DNA of 64,000 bases from Promethearchaeota archaeon (GTDB lineage: Archaea; Asgardarchaeota; Lokiarchaeia; Sigyniarchaeales; SOKP01): NCBI GenBank assembly GCA_029838195.1, contig JALGVJ010000013.1, positions 33,287 through 97,286 of the forward strand, given 5' to 3'. The notes under the pieces are model-generated. The model was not told where the DNA came from. It worked only from the letters and a program-made list of their open reading frames with translations, and made no database searches. The first letter of the stretch is position 1; the number at the start of each line of letters is the position of its first letter. The position numbers and the translations under genes are program-made. Positions 20,515-30,635 of the stretch are shown here, piece by piece.

Positions 20515-21765
20515 ATGATAAGAGAAGTAGAAAAAGGGCATACCTTATTAGTTAAAGGGCCCACGAGAGTAACGCTGTTAAATGGAAAATTAGAAATATT
20601 TGGAAAATTAATCACGCCTCCCAAGGAGCGAACAAAAGAAGGAGAGGAAGAGAGAGAATATCATGAAGAAAAAGGAGTTTTAATCATTCCTGCAGGTACT
20701 TCTTATCCCTTATATTGTGTTGAAAAATGCAAATTCGAAATTTTTTCTTCGAACTTGGACGAAAATTTAATGGAAGTGGACGAAAATACGATAAGCGATA
20801 GCTGGATAGAGATCAAGGATAAAATCCTTAGCTTTATCAAGAAAAATACAGATAAAAAACCGATAAAAATAATGGTTTTAGGTATCAGTAGTGGAAAGAC
20901 CACGATTTTAAAATATCTAGCGAATAATTTTTTAAGAGAAGGATTAAAAGGGGGATACCTCGATACGGATCTTGGGCAACAATTCATTTATATTCCAACA
21001 ACGATAAATATTGGAGAAATTTCGGAACCGTTAGTTTCAGGGGATAACATCCATCCCGAAGAGACTATTTTTATTGGAGCAACCTTTCCAAAAGGTAATT
21101 TCAAGTTTATATTGCCTAAAGAAAGTAAAAATCTCATCGAGAAGTTTAAACAAAACCATGAAGATGCCGATTTTATCCTAATCGACACGGATGGATGGAT
21201 TAAAACAGAAAACGGCATCATTTATAAGAATTTTTTCATTAAAACTGTAGATCCGGATATTATCATTGTATTTTATGATGAAACGGTGGAAGAATTAATA
21301 AAAATTGTTGAAGAAGCGAGCCAAAAAAAGGAGAGAAAGATCTTTAAAATTACCGAATTAAATAAGTATTATTTTGAGAAAAATAAAGATGAGAGGCGGT
21401 TTATTAGGCAATCCCTTTTTTCAAAACATTTTGCATCATTTCGAAAAATCGTGCTTCCCTTAGATGATATTAAATTCGTTAAGAAAGAATATGATAAAGA
21501 AAAGGACGAAATCATCGAAATCGAATTGGATCTGGAGGAATTAATTAAATTACCTTATCATTATGTCATAACGGCACTATTAACAGAAAATTCAGAGTTA
21601 ATTAACATGGCTTTGCTCTTTAACATTAATGCAGAGCCAGAAAAATCGTATATTTTAATTTATAGTGATATCCCCTATAAGGAGCAAGTAAAAATAAAAA
21701 AAATTCTAATTGGGAGCCTCCGCTTGTCAACAAAAGGAAATCATCAGGGATATTTATATCTCTAA
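20515..21765 (+). CDS. Clp1/Grc3(Nol9)-family polynucleotide 5'-kinase-like protein
   Basis: TLLVKGP N-terminus, P-loop-like GISSGKTT, DTDLGQ, IDTDGWI. Confidence 0.85.
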   Translation: MIREVEKGHTLLVKGPTRVTLLNGKLEIFGKLITPPKERTKEGEEEREYHEEKGVLIIPAGTSYPLYCVEKCKFEIFSSNLDENLMEVDENTISDSWIEIKDKILSFIKKNTDKKPIKIMVLGISSGKTTILKYLANNFLREGLKGGYLDTDLGQQFIYIPTTINIGEISEPLVSGDNIHPEETIFIGATFPKGNFKFILPKESKNLIEKFKQNHEDADFILIDTDGWIKTENGIIYKNFFIKTVDPDIIIVFYDETVEELIKIVEEASQKKERKIFKITELNKYYFEKNKDERRFIRQSLFSKHFASFRKIVLPLDDIKFVKKEYDKEKDEIIEIELDLEELIKLPYHYVITALLTENSELINMALLFNINAEPEKSYILIYSDIPYKEQVKIKKILIGSLRLSTKGNHQGYLYL

Positions 21766-21927
21766 AAATCGTTTTTTAATTTCCCTCTCCCTTTATTTAA
21801 AGGAATATTATTTTAAATAATTCAATATCTTTTTTTGAAACCCGTAGATTTAATAAGTTATTAATGCTTTATGGATGCTTTAACAATTGGTTCTCATCAT
21901 GGTACTTCTGAGCGTTTTCTTCAATAA

Positions 21928-23442
21928 TTGTACTTTAGCGCCGTGACAAATTATATAGGCATGAATGAAAATATATTTATCAAGCGTCCCATGGTAAACG
22001 ACTTGATATCACATTTTGTTAAATTAATGAGGAAAGAGAGTTTTTCTGACTCAGAATTAGATTTATTTCGTTTAGGAAATTCTTTAGGACTGGATTTAAC
22101 GGGTTTTGCTAGCTTAAAAGCTTCTCAAGATAATGAATACGTGAACACGATTCGAGCGGCATGCTTGAAATTATTTACATCAAACGAGAATCATCTTTCC
22201 CAAAATAACATGTTCTATATAGGTTCCATCGATTTCATGACTTGTGATGAGCCAAATGGTAAAAAATTCTTTTTATTAGAAACAAACGGGGGCTCTAATA
22301 GAGGGCTTTCCATTCTCACTAATGAACAACAAGGATTAATACATGACGGATATCTCGAAGCAGTTAAACAAGCCTTGAGATTAAATAGGAGAAATGATGA
22401 TAAATTGCTCGTATTGGTGGGGATCCCTCCTGAGGATGGACTAATCCACGAAAAATTACTCCTCATCGAACATTTGAGGAAATGTTTGAGAAAAACGGGA
22501 AAAACCATGAGCGTGTGTGATATACATTCGGTTAAAAAGAATTTAAAATTTGATATCGTGTTTATTATAGCGGATTACCGCCAATTATCCGGAACATTAT
22601 CATATTCAAATAACTGGGTGTTATTGAATGGCGAAAAAATTAGTGTATTAATAGGCGATGGCATTGCCAGGCGATTAGCAAATAAGCAGTTTCAAGATTT
22701 ATTTCATGAAAATGTCCAAAAAATTAATACCCTCATTGTGAATCCAATTTTCAAGATCACTGATGATAAATCGCTGACTTACCTCGCTAGTTATCTTTCT
22801 AAGGAAGATCTTGAAAAATTTAATTTGAAAAATCTTATATTTACAAAAGTATGGAATGAACAAAAATTAATTGAAAAATTACAATATTTATTAAAAAAGT
22901 ATAAAAGACCTTTTATCATAAAGCCTCATGGAGGCTCTGGTGGAGCAGGTGTCCTCCCTTTTGGATCAGAAATGTTCCAATCGAAGGAATTTTCCATTGA
23001 AAAAGTAATCTCATGGAGTAAAAAGGAATATTATGATAAATTCTTGAAAAATCGCAACCCTTTCCCATACACCGTCCAAGAAATGGCTCAGTTTTCACTA
23101 ATCGACTGGAAAAATTCTAAACACGCTTTTGATTTAAGATTATATTTAGCTCAACAGAATTCAAGAATCATTCCAATTGGGGGATTAGCTAGAATTGCAA
23201 GAGGTACATTTAAAGGGACCTTAAATAAACAAGAATTTGTCGTGAATCTATCGGGTTATGATGGTCAAATTGAAGTAGAGAGAGGATTAGGGCTCTCAAG
23301 AAAGAATTGTGAAATTTTAAACTTAACTCACGATGATTTAGTTAAGTGCTTTTCGATCGGGTGTGTACTGTTTGCCAATATGGCAAAAAATTATTATAAA
23401 ATCGTTAAATTTTCTAAATGGGATGAGATTCTCGGAGAATAA
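21928..23442 (+). CDS. Circularly permuted ATP-grasp amidoligase-like protein
   Basis: IDFM...FLLETN (normally C-terminal) at about aa 97-120; IIKPHGGSGGAGV at about 330, TVQE, FDLRLY at about 401; start may be ATG 21961. Confidence 0.75.
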   Translation: MYFSAVTNYIGMNENIFIKRPMVNDLISHFVKLMRKESFSDSELDLFRLGNSLGLDLTGFASLKASQDNEYVNTIRAACLKLFTSNENHLSQNNMFYIGSIDFMTCDEPNGKKFFLLETNGGSNRGLSILTNEQQGLIHDGYLEAVKQALRLNRRNDDKLLVLVGIPPEDGLIHEKLLLIEHLRKCLRKTGKTMSVCDIHSVKKNLKFDIVFIIADYRQLSGTLSYSNNWVLLNGEKISVLIGDGIARRLANKQFQDLFHENVQKINTLIVNPIFKITDDKSLTYLASYLSKEDLEKFNLKNLIFTKVWNEQKLIEKLQYLLKKYKRPFIIKPHGGSGGAGVLPFGSEMFQSKEFSIEKVISWSKKEYYDKFLKNRNPFPYTVQEMAQFSLIDWKNSKHAFDLRLYLAQQNSRIIPIGGLARIARGTFKGTLNKQEFVVNLSGYDGQIEVERGLGLSRKNCEILNLTHDDLVKCFSIGCVLFANMAKNYYKIVKFSKWDEILGE

Positions 23443-23447
23443 TCGAT

Positions 23448-24602
23448 ATGAATCTTGAAATCTTAAAAAAAATCCTTTTTCCCGAACAAAGAAAGATTCT
23501 TTTTGAGCAAATTTTAACTGATTTCCAAAGAGCATGTCAACTTCCTTGGTTACGCTTTGAGGTGCATGAAACACCCGAAGGAAAAATTCTTTTCATTAGA
23601 TTTAGCTCAAATAAAGGGGAACAAAAAAGTAATTCCTTAAAAATCTTTATTGGGGCTCAACACAATGAATATAATGGATTATTTGGAATTTTAGAATTTT
23701 TAAGGATAATTAATAGAAATGAAAATCTATTACAAGAATTTCTAAATAAGAATCAGGAAGTATTTTTCTTTCCCTTAATGAATCCCCACGGCTTTTTAAA
23801 TCCTACTATTACTAATAAATCAGGCTATTATCTTAAAGATGGTACTAACTTAAATCGTTATTGGTATCGAACATTCATGGGCGATTTAAGGAGAAATATT
23901 ACTAATGACTCTCTATTTGATGTTCCACCTCAAGCTAAATTATTAAAAAAAAAAATGGTGCCATTCTGGAAAGAGGAGGAGGTATCCATCTTTATTGTGG
24001 ATTTTCATGAAACGTCTCTATTAAGAAGATTTCCGTTAGATTTGAAAAATACGCTTACTCCTCATCAAATCATTGACCATTGGCTTAAAAAAGAATTAAT
24101 TGAAAATATCATGACACTTAATCAAATTCCCTTAACCAACGAAGAAGTTTTTAGAGTAGAATCGCTCGATAAAGAACAAAACTGGGTCTTGAATTTAAAA
24201 ATTGAAGAGGCAGAATTAATCAAAAAAGGATTTAAAGAATTTCTAAAATTAAATGAACATAAATTGCCCTTTTATTTTTATTGTAGCAGAAAAAGCAAAA
24301 AATTCTGTCAAAGAGTAGCATTTAATGTATATCAAAAAATGAAAGATAAATTATGGACGATAATTAACCCTGTTATTGGACACTATTTTCACGAGCACGG
24401 CTGTTTTATTCACCTGAATGAGAATGCTCAGCGAAAGAATTTTTATGTGTTTGAATTAGAATCAGATAAACATTTTTTCGATTTATTTGATGAAATTAAA
24501 AAGGTCCACTCGAATCCCAATTATTTAAATGAGAAACGCGTGTATTTAAATTATTCGATCGAATTAGTAGCGAACGTGATTCAAGAAATCCTGAAAATTT
24601 GA
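23448..24602 (+). CDS. M14-like zinc carboxypeptidase/desuccinylase-fold protein
   Basis: IGAQHNE, FPLMNPHGF, GTNLNRYW, VDFHE, VFELE motifs in M14 order. Confidence 0.8.
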   Translation: MNLEILKKILFPEQRKILFEQILTDFQRACQLPWLRFEVHETPEGKILFIRFSSNKGEQKSNSLKIFIGAQHNEYNGLFGILEFLRIINRNENLLQEFLNKNQEVFFFPLMNPHGFLNPTITNKSGYYLKDGTNLNRYWYRTFMGDLRRNITNDSLFDVPPQAKLLKKKMVPFWKEEEVSIFIVDFHETSLLRRFPLDLKNTLTPHQIIDHWLKKELIENIMTLNQIPLTNEEVFRVESLDKEQNWVLNLKIEEAELIKKGFKEFLKLNEHKLPFYFYCSRKSKKFCQRVAFNVYQKMKDKLWTIINPVIGHYFHEHGCFIHLNENAQRKNFYVFELESDKHFFDLFDEIKKVHSNPNYLNEKRVYLNYSIELVANVIQEILKI

Positions 24603-24784
24603 TCTTTATGAAGGAAAGGAGGTATTTGATTAAACCCCTTGAAATTTCCCCGGAATGTATTAAAATTCCTTTTTATTTATCCTTTAATATAAAGATCAAT
24701 TTTCTTCTTTTCTTAAATGAATTCAAAAATCAAAATTAATAATTTCAATCTCCTTATATTTTCTTTTTCCTTGTTTCTTTTCCG

Positions 24785-25771
24785 TCAATTTTCCGTGCGG
24801 TTAAAAAATTCTATAATTGAGGCTACTATGAGTAATTCGTTTTTTTTCTGGAGATGCCCTCCTTTTTTAAATAGAATTTGATTGGACGGTGGCACGTCTA
24901 AAAATGAGATAAGCTCCTCAAAATTGAAAAATTTGGTAATTTTATCGTTTTTCGCATGAATTAATAACAATCGCTCAACGAGCTTTTTCCATTCTTGCGG
25001 CTTAACTTGTTTTTTATAGATTTTCAATTTTAAAACGGGAGATAATTCTAAATTTTGCTCCTTTCGGATCTTTAAGATATTACCTCTAATATAATATCTT
25101 AATTTAAGGATGGGATTTAATCGCTGGAATGTTTTTCTAAAATTAGCAACGGAAGAAATTACTACAATTTTTTTAATTTTCTCATTTGGAAAAGCTTTAA
25201 TTAAAGCTGGTAACGTTCCATGACTTACCCCAATACAATAAATATTCGAATTTTTTAAAAAATCTTGATTCATGACCCATTGTAATATGAAATCAAAATC
25301 TTGGATTCGCTGAACATGGTCCGTTTTCTTCCCGACTTTTTTTGATTTTCCGAGCCCTCTTGGGTCATGAATTAAAATCTGATACCCGTGAAGTGCAAGC
25401 GGATAATAAAGATATTGAAGAGATTCTTTAGTATCAGAAAACCCTTGGTTCACGATAATTATTGAATTTCTTGAAATTCTTTTTTGTTCATTTTTGGATC
25501 GTATAAGTTCACCTATTAACCAAGCTTTTCTGGGTCCTTCAACAGGAATTTTAATTGGTGAGACTTCTAATGAATCGATTTTAAGTAAGGGCCATCGATC
25601 ATGCCATAAGTCCTTACAATTCCAATATATTTCAAAAGGGAAGTAGACAATTAAAAAGGTAGTAAAGGATAAAATTAAACATGTTTTGAAATCATTTCCC
25701 CATGAAGCATTCACGTACCAGATAAAGGCACTAAATATTAAATCGAAAGCAATTAAAACAAATCGTTTCAT
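24785..25771 (-). CDS. Membrane-anchored alpha/beta hydrolase
   Basis: Two N-terminal TM segments, DPRGLGKS, GVSHG elbow, IHAKND, GGH. Confidence 0.85.
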   Translation of the reverse strand: MKRFVLIAFDLIFSAFIWYVNASWGNDFKTCLILSFTTFLIVYFPFEIYWNCKDLWHDRWPLLKIDSLEVSPIKIPVEGPRKAWLIGELIRSKNEQKRISRNSIIIVNQGFSDTKESLQYLYYPLALHGYQILIHDPRGLGKSKKVGKKTDHVQRIQDFDFILQWVMNQDFLKNSNIYCIGVSHGTLPALIKAFPNEKIKKIVVISSVANFRKTFQRLNPILKLRYYIRGNILKIRKEQNLELSPVLKLKIYKKQVKPQEWKKLVERLLLIHAKNDKITKFFNFEELISFLDVPPSNQILFKKGGHLQKKNELLIVASIIEFFNRTEN

Positions 25772-26104
25772 TGTTTAATTCTTTAAAGAATAACCCTTTT
25801 CATTTTTCATCCTCAATTATTTTGAATACATGATGCTTATTATTAAAGTTTGAGCCATGGAATTACGCGTGTAAGCTTTTCTGATTCTTGTTTATAGAAA
25901 CCGTGAGGAGTTGAGAACCCGAAAGACTTTATAAAATCCTTTATCTTTTTTTTAAAAAAGTTTTTCAAGTTAAAATGAGGTTAAAAAGAAATCCATGAAA
26001 ATTTCAATTTATTCTTGACACTCCTCTTTCATTTGATTTAGCACTCTCATATAAAAATAGTCAATTCAGTTATTTTTAAAAATAATTATCCATGATCTAA
26101 ACCC

Positions 26105-27403
26105 ATGACTGAAAATAATACAAATGCTCAAGTTTCAAGGTCATCCAAGTATTTCAAATTAATGCTTATCATCCTCTTATTCGTCCAGATTCTTGATGCT
26201 TATACGACTACTTACACCGCATCTTTTCCGTCAAAAATTATTGAAGAATTTCTTCCTAATTATTCTCCCAATGAGGCAAATTCCATCATGGCATTAAGTA
26301 TTGGCATTGCTACAATTGGCATGTATTTCGTGTTTATCAATCAATTTTTATCAGATAAGGTAGGAAGAAAAACCATGCTTTTCATCACGACTCTGGGAAT
26401 GGGAGCTTCGGCATTACTATTGGCACTTTCAAGCAATATTATCCAATATACTATTTTCCTATTTCTCACATACTTATTTTTCTCAAGCGACATGTGGATT
26501 ATTTATATTAATGAAGAAGCAGAATCAGAGAAAAGAGCGTATTATACAAACCTCCTCTTAGCCGGTGGAGTATTGGGACCTATATTAATGCCCATTTTTC
26601 GCTCTATTTTCATAACGGAAACTTCTCCGGTAGGGTCTTGGCGGGGAATGACTTATTTCCCCACCTTTTTAGGAATTCCCTTAGCACTTATCATTTTATT
26701 TACCATTAAAGAAACATCTAAATATGAAGAAATAAAAAGGGGAAATGTACCACGTTCATCCATGGAAAACTCCTCCCTACTAAAAGTAAATTTGAAATAT
26801 TTATTTACTTCTTCTCGAAAAGAAGAATATCTTGCTATTTTAGTCATGAGTTTTTTGACGGGCTTGAATTTTATTTTTCTGCAATTGGCAGAAAGCTTTG
26901 CAGCCTCCTACACGACTCTTTCAGAGAGTTTAATAAATATAGTAATATATATTGTAGCAATTAGCGTAATAATAGCATATTTACTCACGGGAATCTTGGC
27001 CGATAAATTTGGAAGAAAACCATTACTCTACCTCTTTTCTTTATTGATGCCAATCGGGGCGATATTATTATATCTTGGAGGCCAAATGACATCAAATAAC
27101 TTTATTATCGTGGTACTTGGAATTGTTTGTGGTTATGTAGCTTATGATGCGCTTCAAGTATTATTACGAATTGTGGTGTTTGAAGTCGTGCCTACGGATA
27201 AACGTGGAACGGGTAGTGGATTAAGGGCTTTTACTCAATCCCTTGGAATCACTCTGGGTTTCATGATTGGTAGCGTTTTAACCTTATTTTTCGGATTAGG
27301 AATGGCCTTCATCCTATTAAGCCTGCCCTTACTTCTGAACATGATATTCATATTTAAATTTTTAAAAGAAACAAGGGGTACGAATTTGAGCTTGATTAAA
27401 TAA
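26105..27403 (+). CDS. MFS transporter
   Basis: About 12 TM segments; motif A twice (LSDKVGRK, LADKFGRK). Confidence 0.93.
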   Translation: MTENNTNAQVSRSSKYFKLMLIILLFVQILDAYTTTYTASFPSKIIEEFLPNYSPNEANSIMALSIGIATIGMYFVFINQFLSDKVGRKTMLFITTLGMGASALLLALSSNIIQYTIFLFLTYLFFSSDMWIIYINEEAESEKRAYYTNLLLAGGVLGPILMPIFRSIFITETSPVGSWRGMTYFPTFLGIPLALIILFTIKETSKYEEIKRGNVPRSSMENSSLLKVNLKYLFTSSRKEEYLAILVMSFLTGLNFIFLQLAESFAASYTTLSESLINIVIYIVAISVIIAYLLTGILADKFGRKPLLYLFSLLMPIGAILLYLGGQMTSNNFIIVVLGIVCGYVAYDALQVLLRIVVFEVVPTDKRGTGSGLRAFTQSLGITLGFMIGSVLTLFFGLGMAFILLSLPLLLNMIFIFKFLKETRGTNLSLIK

Positions 27404-27668
27404 CTCATTTATGAAACTCTTTTTTATTCCTTCTATTCCATGAAATTGAAAATATTCAAAAGCATAATAAAAACAAGTAGATTAAAAATTCTATGACCTA
27501 TCTTAAGAAAAATGTCAAATAATAGAAGCTCTCGATAAAAAAATGTAATTTCTCTCTTGATAAATAGTTCATTTTATTTTTCTTGAAGGCATTCAAATAG
27601 TTTCATTCAGTTCCGTTCTGGCTCTATGAAATCACTCATTCTCGTTTATAGTAATTTTTTTTTTCAAA

Positions 27669-27995
27669 TTATTTTTTTGCCTTATCTGGAGGACATCCGA
27701 AATCATTCCGAACTTTGCAATCAATTTTACTCGAACTCCCCGGGCATGGTTCACATTTAACTTTTCGCAACATTTTCACTACCTCGTCAACCTCCGGTCC
27801 GAATTCCTCATCTTCCGTTTCGTCCGCAAGCATCTCATCGTCAATTTTACTCAAGTCATAATCCAAATCTTCTTCCAAATTATCTTCTACTTCATAGAGA
27901 TCAATGACTTCATCCCCATCTTCATCTTTTTTTCCCGTTGGAATTTCATCATCTATTTCTTCAATGAGTGGTTGTTTTTTCTTTTTTTTAGCCAT
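27669..27995 (-). CDS. Small acidic protein with basic N-terminus and C-terminal Cys cluster
   Basis: MAKKKKKQ, D/E-rich middle, CEPC-x7-C-x7-C; SD GAGGT upstream. Confidence 0.75.
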   Translation of the reverse strand: MAKKKKKQPLIEEIDDEIPTGKKDEDGDEVIDLYEVEDNLEEDLDYDLSKIDDEMLADETEDEEFGPEVDEVVKMLRKVKCEPCPGSSSKIDCKVRNDFGCPPDKAKK

Positions 27996-28132
27996 GATAA
28001 ACCTCTTTATTATTTTTTTATATTGAATTTAAATGATCATAAAATGAAATAAAATTTAGATTTTTTGATTGGACTCTCTTGAAAAAATTAACAAAACAAG
28101 GAAAAAAAGTAAAAAGAAAAAATTTATATAAT

Positions 28133-29422
28133 TTATTGTTTTTCCGCGATAATGGCCTGTTCTAATTGTTTTCTTGCTTTCTCCTTTTGTTCTTCGCTCA
28201 ATGGGCAGTCGGTTATTTTCCAGAATCGATATTCTTGGTTTAAATAGGCGGGACATTTCTTCCTACGCTCCTTAGCACAATCCGTTATTTGCCAGCATTG
28301 AAAGGTTTTTTCATAGAACTTGTGAAACTTACGTGGTAATTTTTTATAATTGAATTCTGTTTCCCTGAGATAATCATCTAAATTATTAGAATTATAAGTA
28401 TTCCAAAATAATACGGTTTTCCCCTTGTTCTCTTCTTCAGTTATATAATCCATGAGAGCAGCCATCGTTTTTCCCGTATACGTAGTATCTAATTTAAATC
28501 CTTTTTCTTTTCCTTCTAATTCATGCACGAGATCAACAGCCTTCTGACTTTTTTCTGTTACAATCCCATATGCAGAGCCTCGATATCCTTCAATGATTTT
28601 GAAATCATTTTCGGTTACTTCCACGTGCGGAATGGAAGGATCACGTTCATGTAAATAGTTTAAAGCCTTATTTGCAACTTTAAGAAAATTAGAGGGATTA
28701 ATTACAATATCTTCTGAGACTTTAACAACATGGATCTTCGTTTTCAAGCCCAAGAGCTTACAGCCTGCGCCTATACCAGCAGCAGTTCCAATCGATCCTC
28801 CCGCGCAGAATATGACATCAGGAATGGACGCAATTCCTTGATCAATTTGTTCTTTTAACTCAAACATGGCATCGATGAATCCTACAGTGCCCAAAGAGGT
28901 ACCAAATCCGAAGAGGGGAGTTCCTCCAAACGGCATTAAAAAATATCGAGGATGAATTAATCGAAATACTAAACTTTTTAATAAAGCTCTTTCATTACTC
29001 TTAGATAAATGCAATTTTGCTCCAAAATAATCATATAATAACAAGGAACGCTGTACATGCCAAGTAACTGGTTGAGGGGCAAGAAATAGGTGACATTTTA
29101 ATCCCAATTGTTGGGTCGTTATAGCACAAGCCAAACCTTGATTTGTTCCAATTCCTCCGAGGGTAATTACCCCTTTTTTCTTTTCTTTTAAGATTTTCCC
29201 GAAAATGAATTCAAATTTTCGGAGTTTATTTCCTCCATAAACATCACTAACTTTATCATCTCGCTTGATAAAAATTTTTTCTTCCTTTAGATTTAAATGT
29301 TTTTCCAAATTAGTCAATCGTTCCACAGGAGTAGGCGCATTAGGAATGAGAGGGATAAAAGGAACTTTTCCCTTTAAATTAGGAAATTTTTTATATAAAA
29401 TAGGTTCCCTAGTAGTCTCCAT
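28133..29422 (-). CDS. D-cysteine desulfhydrase/ACC deaminase family PLP enzyme with C-terminal Cys-Trp domain
   Basis: PTPVE, IKRDD...GGNKLRKFE, GSIGTAAG, LDTTYTGK. Confidence 0.9.
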   Translation of the reverse strand: METTREPILYKKFPNLKGKVPFIPLIPNAPTPVERLTNLEKHLNLKEEKIFIKRDDKVSDVYGGNKLRKFEFIFGKILKEKKKGVITLGGIGTNQGLACAITTQQLGLKCHLFLAPQPVTWHVQRSLLLYDYFGAKLHLSKSNERALLKSLVFRLIHPRYFLMPFGGTPLFGFGTSLGTVGFIDAMFELKEQIDQGIASIPDVIFCAGGSIGTAAGIGAGCKLLGLKTKIHVVKVSEDIVINPSNFLKVANKALNYLHERDPSIPHVEVTENDFKIIEGYRGSAYGIVTEKSQKAVDLVHELEGKEKGFKLDTTYTGKTMAALMDYITEEENKGKTVLFWNTYNSNNLDDYLRETEFNYKKLPRKFHKFYEKTFQCWQITDCAKERRKKCPAYLNQEYRFWKITDCPLSEEQKEKARKQLEQAIIAEKQ

Positions 29423-29560
29423 ATAATTATTAACTTTCGTTCATAAAAAATCTTTATTGGATGATGAAAGAAGGGAGGAAAAAGAACAAGCCATCAAGAA
29501 CAAAGGGGAAAACTATGCATGCTCTTTTTCTAAAAAACAGGGTTTTTAAAAATAAAATCC

Positions 29561-30541
29561 TCATGTCATTCCAATATCTGATTCAATGAGGCGGGTTATT
29601 CCGATATCGAAGAAATTATCAAAAATACTGAGAAAATAATTAATAATATTTCTAATTCGCAATTCATTTCCATCACCGTCATTAACTTCTATTTTCTCGA
29701 ATCGTTCATGAAGGCTAGTTAAATAATCTTGAAATTGCGAAATTAATTCTAAAGAAACTTTTTCATAATTGTGGATGATTTGAATTAAGAGATCGGGAAT
29801 TCTAGAAAGGAGTGGAGCATATTTCTGAATGATAGGGGTGGGAAGATTTTGAAGATTTAAGGACGCATTAATAAAATCTCTTGTATATAATAATATTACC
29901 CTATTACCTAAAAAGTGAATCACGGGTAAATTAGAAAATCCTTTAGAATAGGGATATTCGGATAATCCTGTAATAAGAATACGTGTACCTAAAGAATATT
30001 TTCTATCAATTTCTGCTAAAAGTAAGTCATCAAAATTACCTTTTCTTCCCTCTATAATATGGGATATAATAGTGTTAAATACATTAGCAAGATCTATTAA
30101 AACTTCGTAAAAGGTAGTTTTTCTCGTGTCTAATAAAAAATTAACGAAAAACTCATTAGTTTCGGGGAGATTTTTAAAATCTAAACCGATTATTTCTTTC
30201 CGGGATTCTATTAGTAATTCATATAAAAGAGACTCATTTTCTGGATAATATTTAATGAAGATTTTATCGGTGTTTAATTTAAATGCTGATATTAACGCTT
30301 GTTTCATTAATTTCAGGGGCCATTCTTTACTATCGATTCTTAGTACCGTCTCTTCTTCTTCGTCGTCATCTCTTGTTCGAATAATAATTGATTTATTATC
30401 GATTGGATAAAGATTGACTTCAGATTTCTCTACTAAATGGGCTTGATTCGTCCATTCTTGGGGAAACGTTATTGCTTTAGAATTTCCCAATTTAATTACA
30501 CTTCTCACGTATCTCTTTTTTAAATTGTCCTTTCTCGTCAT
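29561..30541 (-). CDS. AbrB-PhoU type regulator (phosphate uptake regulator-like)
   Basis: N-terminal RSVIKLGNSKAITFPQEW AbrB-like motif followed by helical PhoU-like region. Confidence 0.75.
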   Translation of the reverse strand: MTRKDNLKKRYVRSVIKLGNSKAITFPQEWTNQAHLVEKSEVNLYPIDNKSIIIRTRDDDEEEETVLRIDSKEWPLKLMKQALISAFKLNTDKIFIKYYPENESLLYELLIESRKEIIGLDFKNLPETNEFFVNFLLDTRKTTFYEVLIDLANVFNTIISHIIEGRKGNFDDLLLAEIDRKYSLGTRILITGLSEYPYSKGFSNLPVIHFLGNRVILLYTRDFINASLNLQNLPTPIIQKYAPLLSRIPDLLIQIIHNYEKVSLELISQFQDYLTSLHERFEKIEVNDGDGNELRIRNIINYFLSIFDNFFDIGITRLIESDIGMT

Positions 30542-30635
30542 TTTATTTCATAAATAAGTAATTATAATGGTTATATTGATATATAAATAAAACAATTTAT
30601 TATATGTTTTAAGTGTTATATAATTTTATTAAGAT

